Below, piece after piece: positions 40,842 through 50,553 of a DNA stretch of 64,000 nt. The DNA is from Acholeplasmataceae bacterium (GTDB lineage Bacteria > Bacillota_I > Bacilli_A > Acholeplasmatales > Acholeplasmataceae): the NCBI GenBank assembly GCA_963667565.1, contig OY763415.1:1024001-1088000 (forward strand), in the 5' to 3' direction. The notes beneath the pieces are model-generated. The model was not told the origin of the DNA and did not search any database. It was given only the letters and a program-made list of their open reading frames with translations. A program made the translations under genes and the position numbers. Every line of letters begins with the position of its first letter. Position 1 is the stretch's first letter.

Positions 40842-41417
40842 TTGATGAAAAAAAAACATTCCCTATGGGAATTATTTATAACTTTTTTTAAGATCGGAGC
40901 AGTAACTTTTGGTGGTGGTTATGCCATGATGCCAATTATGCACAGAGAAGTCGTAGAAAAAAAGCATTGGGTTGAAGATGATGATGTCATCAAGATGCTT
41001 GTCATCTCTGAATCTACACCTGGGGTATTTGCGATTAACTCAGCGACGTTTATTGGATATAAAATAGCAAAATTCAAAGGTGCTTTATTTGCCACTTTAG
41101 GTGTCGTTATTCCTTCGCTTATCACCATTTCAATCATCACTGTTGTCCTTAATTGGTTTCAAACATATGAACCTGTTCAGTTTGCATTAAAAGGGATACA
41201 GGTTGGTGCTGCAATTGTCATTTTTAATGCAGCTTTTAAATTATCTAACAAACTCCATTTTAACCTTTTATCAATATTCGTGTTGATAGCATCATTTTTA
41301 ATATCATTACTTACAAGTTTTAGTGTCATTTATATCATCTTATGTAGTGCACTTATTGGTATTTTAATCGGTGTCCTTAAATCATTTAAAAAAGCAGGTG
41401 AAAATCATGCTGCTTAG
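40842..41417 (+). CDS. Short-chain chromate transporter (CHR family), subunit 1
   Basis: FFKIGAVTFGGG, STPG, ATFIGY. Confidence 0.88.
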   Translation: MMKKKHSLWELFITFFKIGAVTFGGGYAMMPIMHREVVEKKHWVEDDDVIKMLVISESTPGVFAINSATFIGYKIAKFKGALFATLGVVIPSLITISIITVVLNWFQTYEPVQFALKGIQVGAAIVIFNAAFKLSNKLHFNLLSIFVLIASFLISLLTSFSVIYIILCSALIGILIGVLKSFKKAGENHAA

Positions 41418-41985
41418 TTTACTAAAACTCTTATGGATGTTTTTTAAGATAGGATTGTTTACTTTTGGTGGTGGTGCTGCTATGATTCCACTAATCAAAG
41501 AATCTTTATTTGTCAATGGCTATGATATTACAAGTGATTTTATAGATCAACTAGTAGGTTTAGCTCAATCAACACCTGGACCAATTGCAGTGAATTTAGC
41601 CACTTATATCGGTATGAGTCAATATGGTATTTTAGGTGCTTTATTTGCAACTTTAGGTGTTGTTCTTCCATCTTTTATCATCATCTTACTTATTGCTAAA
41701 TATGGAAGTAAAGCCATTGATTCTAAAATTGCTCAACACGCTTTTTCCACATTAAAACCAGCTGTCATTGGTCTTATCGCAAGTGTTGCATTAACCATGA
41801 CATTAAGTAATATTTTTCCGTTAATGAATTTAAAGATGTTTGATTTAAATTTTACTGTATCTTATCAAAGTATTATTATATTTGCAATTTTATTTACAAT
41901 CATGATGATATTTAAGAAAATATCGCCAATTAAGATCATATTATTATCAGCAGTATTAGGTGTAATCATATATTATATTGTATAG
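41407..41985 (+). CDS. Short-chain chromate transporter (CHR family), subunit 2
   Basis: FFKIGLFTFGGG, QSTPGPIAVNLATYIG; start at ATG 41407. Confidence 0.88.
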   Translation: MLLSLLKLLWMFFKIGLFTFGGGAAMIPLIKESLFVNGYDITSDFIDQLVGLAQSTPGPIAVNLATYIGMSQYGILGALFATLGVVLPSFIIILLIAKYGSKAIDSKIAQHAFSTLKPAVIGLIASVALTMTLSNIFPLMNLKMFDLNFTVSYQSIIIFAILFTIMMIFKKISPIKIILLSAVLGVIIYYIV

Positions 41986-41993
41986 GTGAACAT

Positions 41994-42731
41994 ATGAAAG
42001 ATTTAACTTGGATTAAAGAAGATTATATCGCACATCGAGGACTTCATACAGAAGATTTAAGTGTTCCAGAAAACTCAATGCTTGCATTTAAAAATGCGAT
42101 TGAATTGGGATATAGTATAGAGCTAGATCTCAATATGCTTTTTGATGGAACTATAGTAGTTTTTCATGACTTTAATTTAAAACGCTTGACAGGTCTAGAT
42201 CAAAATATTTCTAAACTCACTTATGATGATATTAAAGATTTAAAGCTATATGATACAAATGAACATATCCCATTACTTTCTGAAGTATTAAATTACGTTG
42301 ATGGGAAAGTACCCCTCTTAATTGAATTAAAACCTTTTGGGGACACTGAGATATTTTGTCAATTATTCTATGATACAATTAAGGATTACCAAGGAAAATG
42401 GGCTGTGTTTTCATTTAATCCCGGTGTAGTAAGATGGTTTAAAAATCATCATCCAGAAATCATTCGTGGACAAATTACAGAATACTTTAAAGATAATTTA
42501 AAGATGAAAAAAATTGTGAAATATTTGATGAAAACTATGTTTTTTAACCGCTTCACTAAGCCTGATTTTGTCAGTTATCGTATACATGATTTACCCAACA
42601 AATATGTTGATAAAGCTAAACAAAACGGTTTAACCATCATTAGTTATGCTGCAAGGACTCAAGAACAATTAGACTTTGTTAGACATACCTATGATAATGT
42701 CGTATTTGAATATTTTATTCCAAAAAAATAA
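41994..42731 (+). CDS. Glycerophosphodiester phosphodiesterase family protein
   Basis: IAHRGLH, PENS, IELD, VVFHD, LLIELK. Confidence 0.9.
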   Translation: MKDLTWIKEDYIAHRGLHTEDLSVPENSMLAFKNAIELGYSIELDLNMLFDGTIVVFHDFNLKRLTGLDQNISKLTYDDIKDLKLYDTNEHIPLLSEVLNYVDGKVPLLIELKPFGDTEIFCQLFYDTIKDYQGKWAVFSFNPGVVRWFKNHHPEIIRGQITEYFKDNLKMKKIVKYLMKTMFFNRFTKPDFVSYRIHDLPNKYVDKAKQNGLTIISYAARTQEQLDFVRHTYDNVVFEYFIPKK

Positions 42732-42753
42732 GGACTCCGAAGAGTCCTTTTTT
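42730..42753. terminator. Bidirectional terminator
   Basis: AAGGACTC-CGAA-GAGTCCTTTTTT. Confidence 0.8.
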
Positions 42754-44359
42754 AATCCATATCTACATCGAAGTTTTCTAATAAACTTTTTTGTTCTAAA
42801 TGAACAGCATCTCCATGTTTTGTCAAAAGCATTGTAATAAAACTTGCTGCAACAAATATTGCTGCATATGGGAATAGTACAAGTCTTGTTTTGAATACAT
42901 AGTCCATGAATACACCAGATAAAATTGGTGTTAAGATTTGAGCTCCCATAGAGAAAGCATAATAATATCCAGTATATTTACCAACATTTGAACCTTTTGC
43001 AAGTTCAACAACCATTGGATAAGAATTGACATTAATTGTAGCCCAACCAATACCTGTTAAACCAAAGATAATATACATTATCCAACCTGTATCCTCATTA
43101 ACAAATGAAGCTGAACCAAAGCACACAGCAAGAATGACAATACCTATTAATATTGATTTTTTACGTCCGATTTTTGTTGATAAAATACCAATCGGAATAA
43201 ATGCAATTATCGCTGTTACATTGGCAACCAATAATGGAAGTGTAAATGATGATAATTGAAGTACATGAGGTACATAATCAGAAACTTTTGAAATTACGGC
43301 ATTATATCCCATAAACCATAAAAATACTGATACTAAAATTAATATAAGAGAAATCCTTTTATCTCTTGGAAGTTGATGCATATCAGATGAATCATCTTCA
43401 TCTTCTTCTAAGTTAAATTGTTTATCAAGTGCAATCTTTTCTTGGACTAATTTAGGTTCATTAACTTTCCATAGAAACAATCCTAAAAAGATGAGCATTA
43501 TGATACCGACAATGACAAATGCGAGTGTGTAGTGAACATAGGATTTACCAGATAGTCCCAAAACCGTAAGTAGTATCAGTGATGTTGTACCTGCAGCGGC
43601 ACCCATCAGGTTAATGACGGCATTTGCTTTACTTCTAAGTGGTTTAATGGTCACATCTGGCATTAAACTTACTGCTGGTGATCTAAAGACTGACATAGCA
43701 ACAAGTGCAACAAGCAATACAACAACAAATGTCACAAAATTAAACGGATTAGAAATCGTTTCTTCCCATGCAAGCGTAGATAAATATGTTTGATAATAAT
43801 CACTTAAATATGCTAAATCACCAACACTTAATTCTGTATTTGTATTATCAGTCAATATTTGATCGATTTGATCGTAGGTATTAACTTTCCATTTATCATA
43901 CGTGCTTTGAGATATTAACCCAGCATCAAGTTTTGCCAAACGCTCTGTTTGCATATCTTGAAGAAGTCCATCCCAAAATGTTTCTAATCTTCTCTCATCA
44001 CTATCTTTATAATCAGTGTATAATCCAATAATTTCTGTTTGTTCAATACGTTTTGTTTGAACGCTATCCATATATGATAATCCCATGAATGCAAATGCTG
44101 CGATAATGGTACCAACAATGATAAATGGTGTTCTTCTTCCTTTTTTGTAATTAGAACGATCTGATATCGCACCAAACAAAGGTAGCATAAATAATGCAAG
44201 TACATTGTCTAGAGCCATGATGACACCTGACCATGTTTGATTCAATCCAAATTTATCAATCATAATTTTAGCAATAATATTATCATATGTTTGCCAAAAA
44301 ATAGTGATGATAAAAAATGCTAATCCGACATAAAATATCTTCTTATAATCTAATTTCAT
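42752..44359 (-). CDS. MFS sugar transporter (MalT/SLC45-like)
   Basis: GAISDR..KGRRTPFI, FRSPAVSLMPD, KIGRKKSI, GKYTGYYY; start at ATG 44359. Confidence 0.85.
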   Translation of the reverse strand: MKLDYKKIFYVGLAFFIITIFWQTYDNIIAKIMIDKFGLNQTWSGVIMALDNVLALFMLPLFGAISDRSNYKKGRRTPFIIVGTIIAAFAFMGLSYMDSVQTKRIEQTEIIGLYTDYKDSDERRLETFWDGLLQDMQTERLAKLDAGLISQSTYDKWKVNTYDQIDQILTDNTNTELSVGDLAYLSDYYQTYLSTLAWEETISNPFNFVTFVVVLLVALVAMSVFRSPAVSLMPDVTIKPLRSKANAVINLMGAAAGTTSLILLTVLGLSGKSYVHYTLAFVIVGIIMLIFLGLFLWKVNEPKLVQEKIALDKQFNLEEDEDDSSDMHQLPRDKRISLILILVSVFLWFMGYNAVISKVSDYVPHVLQLSSFTLPLLVANVTAIIAFIPIGILSTKIGRKKSILIGIVILAVCFGSASFVNEDTGWIMYIIFGLTGIGWATINVNSYPMVVELAKGSNVGKYTGYYYAFSMGAQILTPILSGVFMDYVFKTRLVLFPYAAIFVAASFITMLLTKHGDAVHLEQKSLLENFDVDMD

Positions 44360-44436
44360 ATATTCTCCCTTAAGTAACATTGTTAAAATAAGTATAACAT
44401 GACTTTTTACAAAATGAATGATGTGATTATAAAAAT

Positions 44437-44462
44437 AAAAAAAGAAAGTTTTCACTTTCTTT
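44437..44462 (-). terminator. Probable msrB terminator
   Basis: AAAGAAAGT / ACTTTCTTT stem with a T tail on the minus strand. Confidence 0.55.
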
Positions 44463-44467
44463 ATTTT

Positions 44468-44890
44468 TTACTTAAATAACTTTAGATATTGACCATAACC
44501 TTCTTTTTCCAATTCTGATTTTGGTATAAAACGAAGTGCTGCAGAATTGATACAATAACGATACCCACCAAGTTCAATCGGTCCATCTGTAAATAGATGT
44601 CCTAAATGGCTATTGGCGTCTTTACTTCTAACTTCAGTTCTCACCATACCATGACTTTTATCCATCAGTGTCTCTACTTTTTCTAAAGGTTTAGAAAAAC
44701 TTGGCCAACCACAGTGACTATCAAATTTGTCTAGACTTGAAAATAATGGTTCACCAGAAACTATATCGACATAAATACCCTCATCATGTGAATCCCAAAA
44801 CTCATTTTGATAAGGTCGTTCAGTTCCATTTTCTTGTGTAACATGATATTGAATAGGCGTTAATTTCTTTTTAAGTTCATCTTTATGCAT
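44468..44890 (-). CDS. msrB: Methionine-R-sulfoxide reductase
   Basis: [25 protein letters not shown]. Confidence 0.96.
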   Translation of the reverse strand: MHKDELKKKLTPIQYHVTQENGTERPYQNEFWDSHDEGIYVDIVSGEPLFSSLDKFDSHCGWPSFSKPLEKVETLMDKSHGMVRTEVRSKDANSHLGHLFTDGPIELGGYRYCINSAALRFIPKSELEKEGYGQYLKLFK

Positions 44891-44939
44891 AAAATCACCT
44901 CAAATTCATATTATCATTTTTAAATTTTATTTGCTTTAG

Positions 44940-45437
44940 TTATGCAAATCGATGTGCTAAAGAGCTTGCTGCTGCGGCAGCAATGGCACCAACAATATCA
45001 TCTAAAAAAGTATTACATCTATTTTCTTGCTTGCCTTCTTCATCGAGTTTTTTGATGATTCCACTTTTCACTTTATCAACATAACCAAAATTGGTAAATC
45101 CAATAGAACCATAAACATTAACAATGGATAGTGCCATGATCTCATCAATACCATAGAGTCCATAATCATTTAATAACATAGATAAAAGTGGTTCTGAAAT
45201 AAGTTTCTTTTCAGCTAAAATATCTAATTCTAATCCAGTTAATGCTGCATGTTGAACTTCTCGTTTCATCATCACTTTTTCAACATGTTCTAAACATAAT
45301 TCTAAAGTTAAGTTAGGTATATATTTTATTTGTAAATCATAAGTAATCTTTGCTATATCAATTAACTCAACACCTCGTTCGACAAAGCGATCAATAATGA
45401 CTTGATATAATTCAGTTTTATTTGTAGTTTTTTCCAT
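44940..45437 (-). CDS. Phosphatidylglycerophosphatase A family (YutG/YpjQ-like)
   Basis: LYGIDE, YGSIGFTNFGYVDKVK, FLDD. Confidence 0.85.
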   Translation of the reverse strand: MEKTTNKTELYQVIIDRFVERGVELIDIAKITYDLQIKYIPNLTLELCLEHVEKVMMKREVQHAALTGLELDILAEKKLISEPLLSMLLNDYGLYGIDEIMALSIVNVYGSIGFTNFGYVDKVKSGIIKKLDEEGKQENRCNTFLDDIVGAIAAAAASSLAHRFA

Positions 45438-45566
45438 TTTTTACATCTCCTAAAAAAAGCGGTGGAAGTTTATTATACATCTTTTTATTAGAAATGCAAC
45501 TTTTTATCAACAAAGGTGAAAATTGAGGTTATTGTATCATATGTTATAATGACCTTGGAGGTTAGT

Positions 45567-46781
45567 ATGAAAAAATTAAATGTATATTCAGAAATTGGAA
45601 AATTAAATAAAGTATTGGTACATATGCCTGGTGACGAATTACTCCATTTAACACCAGATTGGTTAGATGATCTTCTTTTTGATGACATCCCCTGGTTAAA
45701 AAGAGCCCAGGAAGAACATCTAGCATTTCAAGAATCATTAAGACAACAAGGCGTTGAAGTCATTCAATTAATTGATATCATGAGTGAGATACTCGTAAAA
45801 AATGAGATTAAAGATGAATTTATAGAACAATTTATGAATGAAAGTGACATCAACAATCAAAATTTAAGATTAAAAGTAAAAACTTATCTCAATAAACTTT
45901 CAAACGGTGAGTTCATGCATAAAGTTATCGCTGGTATACTCAAAACAGATATTTCACCTATGAGAAAACATCACTTAAAAGATTATATCAGTGATTATCC
46001 TTTTATCACTGATCCAATGCCAAATTTATACTTTACTCGTGACCCTTTTACGATTATTGGTAATGATGTAAGTTTACATAGAATGCATAAAAAAAACCGA
46101 CAACGCGAGTCGATTTTTGGTCAGTTTCTCTTGAAATATCATCCATATTTTAATGAAGCAAAAACACTTTATCATCGAGATGAAATTTACCCTATAGAGG
46201 GTGGAGATATTCTCAATATAAATGAGGACGTTTTGCTCATTGGCTTAAGTGAAAGAACTCATCCTGATGCAATTGAATTATTAGCAAAAAATTTATTTTC
46301 TCTTACAAATTATAAAAATGTTCTGGCAATTTTGTTGCCTAAGAAAAGAACTTTTATGCACCTAGACACTGTATTTACCCAAGTTGATTATTATCATTTT
46401 GTCGTACATCCTGCGCTTTTAGGTAGTCAAAAAATCTACGAGATTCATAAAGATTTAAGCTTTAAAAAGGGCTATAAAATAACAGAAACATCAAATTCTT
46501 TAAAATCTTGTCTAAAAAAATTTATTAAACATGAGATCACATTAATCCCTTGTGGTGGTAAAAATAACATATCTGCAGATCGTGAACAATGGAATGATGG
46601 TGCAAATGTATTCGCTGTTAAACCAGGTGTTGTAATCGCTTATGATAGAAATGATCTAACAAACCAAAAACTCGTGCGAAATGGTATCACTGTTATTGAA
46701 ATTCCATCAAGTGAGTTATCAAGAGGACGAGGTGGTCCAAGATGTATGACTATGCCATTAAATCGTTCTTCTATTAAATAA
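45567..46781 (+). CDS. arcA: Arginine deiminase
   Basis: SEIGKL, LLFDDIP, PMPNLYFTRD, IEGGD, FMHLDT, GRGGPRCM. ATG 45567 follows GGAGG; extended -10 TGTTATAAT at 45542. Confidence 0.93.
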   Translation: MKKLNVYSEIGKLNKVLVHMPGDELLHLTPDWLDDLLFDDIPWLKRAQEEHLAFQESLRQQGVEVIQLIDIMSEILVKNEIKDEFIEQFMNESDINNQNLRLKVKTYLNKLSNGEFMHKVIAGILKTDISPMRKHHLKDYISDYPFITDPMPNLYFTRDPFTIIGNDVSLHRMHKKNRQRESIFGQFLLKYHPYFNEAKTLYHRDEIYPIEGGDILNINEDVLLIGLSERTHPDAIELLAKNLFSLTNYKNVLAILLPKKRTFMHLDTVFTQVDYYHFVVHPALLGSQKIYEIHKDLSFKKGYKITETSNSLKSCLKKFIKHEITLIPCGGKNNISADREQWNDGANVFAVKPGVVIAYDRNDLTNQKLVRNGITVIEIPSSELSRGRGGPRCMTMPLNRSSIK

Positions 46782-46864
46782 AAAAAAGAGCTCTCACGCC
46801 TTGGGGGGGAATGAAGCGTGAGAGCGAAGGAAAGTTACTAATCAAAAAAGGTGATTAGCAACAT
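46781..46864 (-). ncRNA. Candidate ~80-nt small regulatory RNA (two hairpins, C-rich loop)
   Basis: Own promoter; hairpin 1 GUUGCUAAUCA/UGAUUAGUAAC; linker UUUCCUUC; terminator GCUCUCACGC/GCGUGAGAGC with a C7 loop and a U tail. Confidence 0.7.
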
Positions 46865-46869
46865 AATGT

Positions 46870-46898
46870 ATTATACAACAGCCTTATGAGATAGTCAA
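46870..46898 (-). promoter_or_regulatory. Sigma70 promoter TTGACT-N17-TATAAT
   Basis: 11 of 12 consensus positions, optimal spacing, and no substantial ORF downstream. Confidence 0.8.
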
Positions 46899-47061
46899 TT
46901 TAAATTGCTAAGACTGTTTAATTTTATTTAAATACCTCGTTATATATATAATAAATATGGCTAAATTTAGCATAATGTTTCAGATAATGTAAGAATATGA
47001 AAAACCATCTAAACTTTATATGATATTTTCACATATTTTACATTAAATTTATACATGCTAA

Positions 47062-47769
47062 TTATGTTGTTAAATATGCTTCTATTAGTTTGGGATCACT
47101 TAACAAATCTTTAGCTTTACCTTCGGTAACAATATGACCAGTCTCTAAAACATATCCATAATCTGAGATTTCTAATGCGCGTTTTGCATTTTGTTCAACC
47201 AATAAAATAGTAGTTCCTTCTTGATTAATTTTTTGGATGATATTAAATATTTGATCAACTAAAATCGGTGCCAAACCCATAGATGGTTCATCCAACAGCA
47301 TAATTTTTGGGTGACTCATGAGTGCTCTTGCCATAGCAAGCATTTGCTGCTCACCACCAGAGAGTGTACCTGCAACTTGATTTTTTCTTTCTTCAAGTCT
47401 TGGAAAATAACCAAAAACTGTTTTTAAGTCTTCCTTAAACAGTTTTTTATTTTTTTGGATATAAGCACCCATAGCAAGATTATCTAAAACTGTTAATTCT
47501 GGAAATACTCTTCTTCCTTCTGGGACTTGAGAAATACCTAATTTAACTATATCATGTGCTTTATATTTAATTGTGGATTTACCTAAAAAGATGATATCTC
47601 CTTCTTTAATCGGAATTAAATTGGAAATTGACTTTAATATAGAAGATTTACCTGCACCATTAGCGCCAATAAGCGTTACAATTGAACCTTCTTCAACCTT
47701 AAAATTGACACCTTTAATGGCATGGATTGAATCATAATAAACATGTAAATTATTAACTTCTAATAACAT
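47062..47769 (-). CDS. livF: Branched-chain amino acid ABC ATPase
   Basis: GANGAGKS, VPEGRRVF, LSGGEQQM, LLDEPSMGLAP, LLVEQN. Confidence 0.93.
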   Translation of the reverse strand: MLLEVNNLHVYYDSIHAIKGVNFKVEEGSIVTLIGANGAGKSSILKSISNLIPIKEGDIIFLGKSTIKYKAHDIVKLGISQVPEGRRVFPELTVLDNLAMGAYIQKNKKLFKEDLKTVFGYFPRLEERKNQVAGTLSGGEQQMLAMARALMSHPKIMLLDEPSMGLAPILVDQIFNIIQKINQEGTTILLVEQNAKRALEISDYGYVLETGHIVTEGKAKDLLSDPKLIEAYLTT

Positions 47770-47770
47770 A

Positions 47771-48529
47771 TCATTCTCCTAAATAAGCTTTGATGACAGC
47801 TGGATTTTTTCTAATTTCACCAGGTGTCCCAGAAGCAATTGTTTTTCCATAGTCAACAACAATAATTCTTTCACATATGCCCATAACAAGTTTCATATCA
47901 TGTTCAATCAATAAAATTGACACCTTAAAATAATCTTTAATGAATTTTATCGTATGCATAAGATCATGTGTTTCTTGATCATTCATTCCTGCCGCAGGTT
48001 CATCAAGCAATAATATTTTCGGTTTAGTTGCAAGTGCTCTAAGTATTTCAAGTTTTCTTTGTTTACCATAAGGTAAGTTTTTAGATAGTGTGTTTGCTTC
48101 TTCTTCCATTTGAAACACTTTGAGTAAATCCATAGCTGTTTTTTGTGCTTCTTGTTCTTGCTCTTTAAATTTTTTAGTTTTAAAAATAGCTTGAAAGAAA
48201 TTGTAACTCATTTGATTATGATATGCAACTTTTATATTATCTATAACAGTCATATTTTTAAACAATCGAATGTTTTGAAATGTACGTGCACCACCTAATA
48301 AAACAATTTCATCAGGTTTTTTAGTTAACGTTGATTTTTTAGATAAGTGAACTTCACCACTTGTTGGTTTATAAACACCTGTTAATAAGTTGAAAATTGT
48401 TGTTTTTCCTGCACCATTAGGTCCTATAAGACCAACAAGTTCACCAGGGAAAATTTCTAAATTAAAATTATCAACTGCTGTTAAACCACCAAATTGTATT
48501 TTAAGATCAACTGCTTTTAAAATACTCAT
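47771..48529 (-). CDS. livG: Branched-chain amino acid ABC ATPase
   Basis: GPNGAGKT, RTFQNIRLF, LPYG, LLDEPAAG, IEHDM. Confidence 0.93.
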   Translation of the reverse strand: MSILKAVDLKIQFGGLTAVDNFNLEIFPGELVGLIGPNGAGKTTIFNLLTGVYKPTSGEVHLSKKSTLTKKPDEIVLLGGARTFQNIRLFKNMTVIDNIKVAYHNQMSYNFFQAIFKTKKFKEQEQEAQKTAMDLLKVFQMEEEANTLSKNLPYGKQRKLEILRALATKPKILLLDEPAAGMNDQETHDLMHTIKFIKDYFKVSILLIEHDMKLVMGICERIIVVDYGKTIASGTPGEIRKNPAVIKAYLGE

Positions 48530-49584
48530 GTTTGTTCACCTTTCCTTTGACTTTTCTTTTTAAACCAATCAGTAATTTCTACGAATTCAGGTAGTTTAAG
48601 TTCTTTGGTTCCAAGTAAACCTTGTGGTCTAAAAAGCATCATTAAAATGAGTAATAAACTATATATCAACATGCGCCATGTTTCAAAACTTAATAATGCT
48701 TGCGGTAAGATTGTTAAAACAATAGCTGAGATGACCGAACCTGTGACGCTACCAATACCACCTAATACAACGATAACGAAGATATTAACAGATTGCATGA
48801 ATGAGATACTGTTTGGAGAAATAAACCCTTTAAACGCAAATAATGCGCCACCAATGCCACCGAATCCAGCTGCAAGTACAAAACCAAGAATTTTAAATTT
48901 AAATAAATTTATACCGACTGATTCTGCAGCAATCTCATCTTCTCTAATAGACAACATTGCACGTCCAAATCTTGAATTCATCATAAGTACAATAATGAGT
49001 ATTATGATGACTACTGTAAAATAAGCACTATTAAAGGTTGAAATTTGAGGAATGTTTTTAAGTCCACCTGCACCACCAGTTAAATCTGAAAGGTTAGTTG
49101 CTGCAACTCTAATGATTTCGCCAAATCCTAGTGTTAAGATACCTAAATAATCACCTTTAAGTCTTAATGCTGGTGTACCAATTAATAATCCAGCAAAGGC
49201 TGCAGTTGTAAATGCTACAAGAATTGACATTACATAAAGCAATAAATCACTTGCGACATCATCTCTCATATAAATTGCAAAAATGCCTGCTGCATATCCT
49301 CCGATACCCATGAATGCTGCATGACCTAAAATGAGTTGTCCTAAAAATCCTGTCGCAATATTTAAACTCGTTGCAAGGACAACAAATGCCATCACAGACA
49401 TTAAAATACCCATATAGTAATTACCTATAAATCCAACAAGAATAAGTATTTGAATGATACTCCAAATTCCAAATATAAGGATAAGTGAAGGTAACATTGA
49501 TAAAATGATTTTTTTAAGCTTAGAGCCATCACTAGATTTTATTTTTTGCATGTAAGCATCAATCATTTGTCTTAATTTATTCAT
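48526..49584 (-). CDS. livM: Branched-chain amino acid ABC permease
   Basis: LGHAAFMGIG, LRLKGDYL, IREDEIAAES, RPQGLLG. Confidence 0.92.
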   Translation of the reverse strand: MNKLRQMIDAYMQKIKSSDGSKLKKIILSMLPSLILIFGIWSIIQILILVGFIGNYYMGILMSVMAFVVLATSLNIATGFLGQLILGHAAFMGIGGYAAGIFAIYMRDDVASDLLLYVMSILVAFTTAAFAGLLIGTPALRLKGDYLGILTLGFGEIIRVAATNLSDLTGGAGGLKNIPQISTFNSAYFTVVIIILIIVLMMNSRFGRAMLSIREDEIAAESVGINLFKFKILGFVLAAGFGGIGGALFAFKGFISPNSISFMQSVNIFVIVVLGGIGSVTGSVISAIVLTILPQALLSFETWRMLIYSLLLILMMLFRPQGLLGTKELKLPEFVEITDWFKKKSQRKGEQT

Positions 49585-49585
49585 A

Positions 49586-50470
49586 TTACACCTTCTCCTT
49601 GACATTTTTACCTAGCATGCCTGAAGGTTTGACAAGTAATACAATAATTAAAATAACAAATACAAGTGCATCTGCCCATTGTGTAGAAATATATGTCTTT
49701 GTTAATGTTTCAGAAATACCAATGATAAAACCACCTAATACGGCACCACCAATATTTCCAATGCCACCTAATACGGCTGCAATAAATGCTTTTAACCCTG
49801 GCATCATACCCATATATGGTTCGATATTTACATACGCAACAGAGTAAAATATACCAGCAAGTGCACCAAGTCCACTACCTAATGCAAATGTTAGTGAAAT
49901 AACTCGATTGACATTAATACCCATCAACCTTGCTGCATCTTGATCTTGAGAAACTGCTCTCATTGCTTTACCTGGTTTTGTTTTATAGACAAAAAGTGTT
50001 AATAAAATCATCATAACGATGGAAATGATAATTGTATAAAGTGTTAATTGTGAAACATCAAAACCTAAAATATTGATTGGTGCACCACCAAAAATGTTTA
50101 CTTGTACTTTAGGTGTTGCCGTAAAAATTTTCTGGGCTAAACTTTCAAGTAACAAACTTACACCAATCGCGGTGATCAGTGCTGAGATTCTAGGTGCATT
50201 TCTTAATTTTCTATACGCTAATCTTTCAATGATGATACCTACTAATGCCCCAAGTGCCATAACGATGGCAATGACCACGACAACAGGTAGATCAATTGGA
50301 AAATTAACCAAGAAAATATAACTTAAATACGCACCGACCATCATTATATCTCCGTGCGCAAAGTTTATAAGTTTTATAATTCCATATACCATTGTATATC
50401 CGATTGCAATTAAGGCAAGTATGCTCCCATACTTAACACCATTTAGCAATTGTTGAATAAAATAATCCAT
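49586..50470 (-). CDS. livH: Branched-chain amino acid ABC permease
   Basis: GYTMVYG..INFAHG, GKAMRAVSQD, KAFIAAVLGG. Confidence 0.93.
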   Translation of the reverse strand: MDYFIQQLLNGVKYGSILALIAIGYTMVYGIIKLINFAHGDIMMVGAYLSYIFLVNFPIDLPVVVVIAIVMALGALVGIIIERLAYRKLRNAPRISALITAIGVSLLLESLAQKIFTATPKVQVNIFGGAPINILGFDVSQLTLYTIIISIVMMILLTLFVYKTKPGKAMRAVSQDQDAARLMGINVNRVISLTFALGSGLGALAGIFYSVAYVNIEPYMGMMPGLKAFIAAVLGGIGNIGGAVLGGFIIGISETLTKTYISTQWADALVFVILIIVLLVKPSGMLGKNVKEKV

Positions 50471-50500
50471 AATGTGAATTCCCTTCAAATGAGATAAAAT

Positions 50501-50528
50501 AGAGGAGCATGTTTATAAACGCTCCTCT
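50501..50528 (-). other. Intercistronic stem-loop after livK
   Basis: AGAGGAGC / GCTCCTCT inverted repeat. Confidence 0.65.
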
Positions 50529-50553
50529 AACAAGCTTAAATCTCTAAATTTTA

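Noticed and set aside
40842..41985. Two similar adjacent chromate transporter ORFs as a possible frameshifted pseudogene
   Set aside because: Paired short-chain CHR genes are an established arrangement, and each has its own RBS and motifs.
46811..46858. Plus-strand micro-ORF MKRESEGKLLIKKGD after a G7 run, considered as a type I toxin antisense to the sRNA
   Set aside because: Hydrophilic, no TM helix, and the G run is too close to the ATG for a good RBS.
46838..46864. Leaderless 8-codon ORF MLLITFFD at the sRNA 5' end
   Set aside because: It is buried in hairpin 1 and too short to support without ribosome profiling; not fully excluded.
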